A stretch of 64,000 nt of DNA, from positions 3,040,001 to 3,104,000 of the forward strand of contig CAWDML010000001.1 in the NCBI GenBank assembly GCA_963803435.1. The letters run 5' to 3'. Positions 60,501-64,000 of this stretch are shown piece by piece. This DNA comes from an uncultured delta proteobacterium. Its GTDB lineage: Bacteria > Myxococcota > Kuafuiibacteriia > Kuafuiibacteriales > Kuafuiibacteriaceae. Both the position numbers and the translations under genes were made by a program. The notes below the pieces were generated by a model. The model ran no database searches. It was not told the origin of the DNA and saw only the letters and a program-made list of their open reading frames with translations. Each line of letters starts with the position of its first letter. Position 1 is the first letter of the stretch.

Positions 60501-61433
60501 AACCACGTCGGCGTCGACGACTCCATCGTCTACGTCAGCGGGCACGCCACCAACGTCACGACGATCGGCCATCTCTTCGACAAGAGCGACCTCATCCTGC
60601 ACGACACGCTGATCCACGACAGCATCATGCAGGGCATCTATCTATCGGGCGCCACCCGGCGGCCGTTCCCGCACGGTGATCTCGACGCGCTCGAGGATCT
60701 GCTCGCGCAGATCCGAAAGAGCTACCGCCGCGTGCTCATCTGCGCCGAAGGCATCTACTCGATGGACGGCGACATCTGCGAGCTGCCGCGCCTGATCGAG
60801 ATCAAGAAGCGCTATCAGACGCTGCTGCTCGTCGACGAGGCCCACTCGATCGGCGTGCTCGGCCCCAGCGGCCGGGGCGTCGGCCATCACTTCCCAGGGC
60901 TCGATCCCCGGGACGTCGACCTCTGGATGGGCACGCTCTCGAAGTCGTTCGCCAGCTGCGGCGGGTACATCGCCGGCAGCCAGCCGCTGATCCGGTACCT
61001 CAAGTACACCGCACCGGGCTTCGTGTACTCGGCCGGCATCACGCCGCCCAACGCGGCGGCTGCGCTCAAGGCCCTGGAGCTGATGCACCGCGAGCCCGAG
61101 AACGTCGAGCGGCTTCGCTCGCGCTCCCGCTTCTTCCTCGAGGGTGCCCGCCGGCGCGGCATCGACACCGGCCTGGCGATGGGCGCTGCGGTGGTCCCCG
61201 CCATCGTGGGGAACTCGATGGACTGCATGCGCCTCTCGGAGGCCCTGGCCGTCCGCCGGATCAACGTGCAGCCGATCGTGTATCCGGCCGTCGAGGACGA
61301 CGCCGCCCGGCTCCGCTTCTTCATCAGCTCGACGCACACGGAGGAGCAGCTCACGCACACCCTCGACGTGCTGCGGGACGAGCTGGCGAAGATCAGGAGC
61401 GCAGGGTCGGAGGCCTCGGTTCACTCGTCGTAG
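54542..61433 (+). CDS. Type I PKS, KS-AT-ACP-KR-DH, with C-terminal PLP alpha-oxoamine synthase (SPT/AONS-like) domain; apparent frameshifts at ~57885, ~58040-58078 and ~58610
   Basis: KS: DAACASS, HGTAT, NIGH. AT: GHSLG, HAFH (malonyl). ACP: LGFDSL. KR: GGAGEIG, YSAAN. DH: HRLKGRMVVP, DGSFQ. AOS: NFSSYNYLG, EGIYSMDGD, DEAHSIG, GTLSKS. ORFs 54542-58798 and 58638-61433 overlap in different frames inside the KR region. Confidence 0.9.
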
Positions 61434-62137
61434 CCGAAGCGCGTCCGATCTAGGTGCAGGTACAGGACGGTCGCGGCCACCACCAGGTACAGATCCAGCA
61501 CCTGGCCCAGCGCGGAGAGCGCGACGCCGAGCGCCGGCCAGGGCGCCAGGTCACCGAGGAACGAGAGCCCGAGATCGCCGAGCCCGAACAGCACCGCATA
61601 GCCGGCGACGCGCCAGAAGCGACCCTCGATCACGGCCTTGCTGTGCTTGAGCGCGTGGAAGCCGGTCTCCTCGCGGAGCGCGGGGACCTGCAGATAGAAG
61701 AGCATGTACACCAGCCCCGCCACCGCAGGGAGCACCAGGATCACGGCCAGACCGAGCAGCACCATGTTCATCGCCACGGTGGTGGCGACCGAGGAGAAGT
61801 AGCGCCGGCGCGCCTGCCTCCAGACGTCCGCGAGCGCTGTCGAGCCGCCGTCCATCGCGTTGGCGGTGAGCCGGATGACGATCAGCGCGGCGATGATCCC
61901 GAAGAGCAGATCGAAGATGCCCTCGACCTCCATCACCTCGAACTGGGACTGGAAGCCGCCGGTGCTCGCGGGCGCGATCCAGGCCATGAACGCCTCGATC
62001 GGGAGATAGATCGCGAGCCCGACCATCGCGATCGGTCCGAAATGCTTGCCGTAGATCCGGGCGCTGGTGCCGAGCACGTCCCGGAGCCCGAAATCTTCGC
62101 GCCGGATGTCGTGACTCGAACCACCCCGGGCCTCCAT
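61421..62137 (-). CDS. Integral membrane protein
   Basis: 5-6 TM helices, ALKHSKAVIEGRFWRV, TVLYLHL; ATG at 62137. Confidence 0.7.
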   Translation of the reverse strand: MEARGGSSHDIRREDFGLRDVLGTSARIYGKHFGPIAMVGLAIYLPIEAFMAWIAPASTGGFQSQFEVMEVEGIFDLLFGIIAALIVIRLTANAMDGGSTALADVWRQARRRYFSSVATTVAMNMVLLGLAVILVLPAVAGLVYMLFYLQVPALREETGFHALKHSKAVIEGRFWRVAGYAVLFGLGDLGLSFLGDLAPWPALGVALSALGQVLDLYLVVAATVLYLHLDRTRFGYDE

Positions 62138-62405
62138 TGTGCCTCTATACCCCGGCGTTAGTGGAGTGACACGTGCCCAGGCACCGGCCTTGCACAGGGC
62201 TGGCGGCGCAATGGATCCGGACACTGATCCGATTTGACGACGGCGCGGTCGCCACGATCCGAACGGCACAGCCCGATCGAGCTCGGGTGTGGATCGGGTC
62301 GAGGTCGATCCGATGTTCCGCGTCTCGTGACCGTGATTTCGCGGCCGCTCGACCTGAGAAACCCGTGGCGCCCCCCGCGCGGTCGGAGGTATGGTGCCCC
62401 GTTCG

Positions 62406-63823
62406 ATGGTCGACGCGTCTCACCTCGAGTCCCTGGTCTCGCGGATTCGATGCGCTCCGGGGCCGGTTCGGTCGCGTCGCCTCCGATCTCGAGGCCATCT
62501 GCGGGCGGGCCCGCTCGAGCGACTTCCGCGGCGTGCTCCAGAACGCGCGCGTGGTCGTCGAGAGCCTCCTCCGGTCGATCCTCCACAAGGAGAAGAAGGA
62601 GACCCCGGGCAAGGACACGCTCGAGAAGCTGATCCCCAAGCTCTTTCAGGAGGGACAGTCGAGCATCCTCCCGGTCGCGATCGTGGTGCACGTGCGGACG
62701 ATCCAGGCCTGGGGCAACGTAGGCGCCCACGACCAGCACGCCGATCTCTTCGAGAAGGGGCTCGAGGTCGGCGAGGATGAGGCGCTGGCGGCGCTCAACT
62801 CCCTGGTGGCGATCCTCGACTGGTACCAGGAGAAGTATCTGACCGACGGCGCCACCGTCTCCTCGCCCATCCCGCCGGCGAAGAGCGCGCCGACCGCGCC
62901 GACCGCGCCGACCGCACCGGCAGCGCGGCCGGCACCCGCGGCGGGGCCGCGATCCAAGACCCCGCTGGTGGCGGGCCTGGGCGGCGTGGTGGCGGCCCTG
63001 GCGATCGGCGCAGTGTTCTACGCCCGGCGAACGCCGGCCTCCGATACGGCCACCGCCGAGGCGAACGCAGCCGACCTGGTGGAGCGCCGCGCGGCCCTGA
63101 ATCGCGCCTACATGCAGGCACACGAGTATCCGCCGCCCCAGTCGTGCGAGACGAACGATCCCGAGGCGCTGTCCGTGTTCGTGCAGGTGACGGATCTCCT
63201 CGAGGAGGGCAAGCCGGGCGGTCACCGCGCGGAGGACCAGAAGGCGCTGGCGGCGCTGGCGCGCGTCGAGTCGAAGCTCGGCAAGAGCGCGGAGTACTGG
63301 CAGCTGAAGGCCCGCGCGCTGCACTTCGATGGTGCCCCGGATGCCAGCGTGCGCGAGGCCGCCGATTCGATCCATCGAGCTCTGCAAGGCCTTCGCGCCG
63401 CCGTACAACCTCCACGGGACGCTCGGGCTGCTGGCCGACGAGGTCGGCTTCGCCAAGCTCTCCTACCAAAAGGCGGTCGAGCTGGCCCCCGACTATCTGT
63501 CGCCGGTGTTCAACCTGGGGCTCGTCAATCTGAAGAGCGAGAACATCGACGAAGCGATCTCCGCGTTCAGCACCGTGCTCAAGAAGGATCCCGAGTACAC
63601 GGTCGCGTACAAGACGCGCGCGCAGGCTTACCTGGCCAAGGGATCGCTGGAGGCCGCCGCCGGCGATCTGGTGGAGCTGACGCGTCGCGTCCCCGAGGAC
63701 GCTCAGGCGTTCGCGCTGCTCGGGAACGTGCGGGCCAAGCTGGGGCAGAAGGAGGCGGCGCGAACGGCCTTCTGCAAGGCGAAGGCGCTGGGCTTGGAGT
63801 CGGCTGCGAAAATGTGTGAGTAA
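62406..63823 (+). CDS. DUF4145-like N-terminal domain + TM + TPR protein, frameshifted at ~62444 and ~63367
   Basis: MVDASHLESLVSR joins FDALRG...ARVVVESLL...IQAWGNVGAH (DUF4145/HEPN-like); TM helix; C-terminal TPRs FNLGLVNL, YKTRAQAYL, FALLGNV. Confidence 0.65.
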
Positions 63824-63837
63824 TTGGCCGCTCGCGC

Positions 63838-64000
63838 ATGTTCCCCGGATACGAGAATCCCACGCCCCAGCAGCCGGTCCCCTGCGGCCGTTACCAGTTG
63901 ATCGAGCGGATCGGCTACGGCGGGATGGCCGAGGTCTTTCGGGCCCGCCTGCCGGGACCGAACAGCTTCTCGAAGACCGTGGTGGTGAAGCGGATCCTCC
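63838..64000 (+). CDS. Ser/Thr protein kinase, N-terminal part; runs off the window edge
   Basis: Translated by hand: MFPGYENPTPQQPVPCGRYQLIERIGYGGMAEVFRARLPGPNSFSKTVVVKRIL (Gly-rich loop and catalytic Lys). Confidence 0.9.
   Translation, partial: MFPGYENPTPQQPVPCGRYQLIERIGYGGMAEVFRARLPGPNSFSKTVVVKRIL

Noticed and set aside
60250-61433. bioF (biotin synthesis) call for the PLP domain
   Set aside because: It is in frame with the PKS KR-DH domains and no other bio genes are present
62887-62920. 9-bp tandem repeat GCGCCGACC x3
   Set aside because: Simply encodes a Pro/Thr/Ala linker (APTAPTAPT)

Overview
High-GC (about 70%) bacterial DNA that looks myxobacterial (Myxococcota-like): it has a MYXO-CTERM-type surface protein, Cys-rich lipoproteins, FHA/TPR proteins and a Ser/Thr kinase. 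The window holds about 50 CDS, the RNase P RNA gene (rnpB) and tRNA-Ile2(CAU). Housekeeping genes include ggt, an M17 aminopeptidase, pdxA, ftsX-envC-ctpA, pssA, panE and a stand-alone nuoL. The main result is a compact lipid/polyketide operon at 50766-61433: fatty acyl-AMP ligase, mycolate-type cyclopropane/methyltransferase, ACP, soluble di-iron acyl-ACP desaturase, and a ~2300-aa KS-AT-ACP-KR-DH polyketide synthase ending in a PLP alpha-oxoamine synthase (SPT/AONS-like) domain. I infer that it builds a modified sphingoid-like long-chain aminoketone on an assembly line. Other oddities are an EF-Tu paralog with a degenerate GTPase site coupled to glycosyltransferase genes, an LRR-zinc-finger-SDR fusion, an orphan Bro-N gene with a palindromic operator, a 46-bp inverted-repeat element, orphan nuoL and hcrB-like subunits, ftsX without ftsE, and a decayed mobile island. 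Several single-base frameshifts in otherwise intact genes are probably sequencing/assembly errors. All calls come from motif recognition by eye; no database searches were run.
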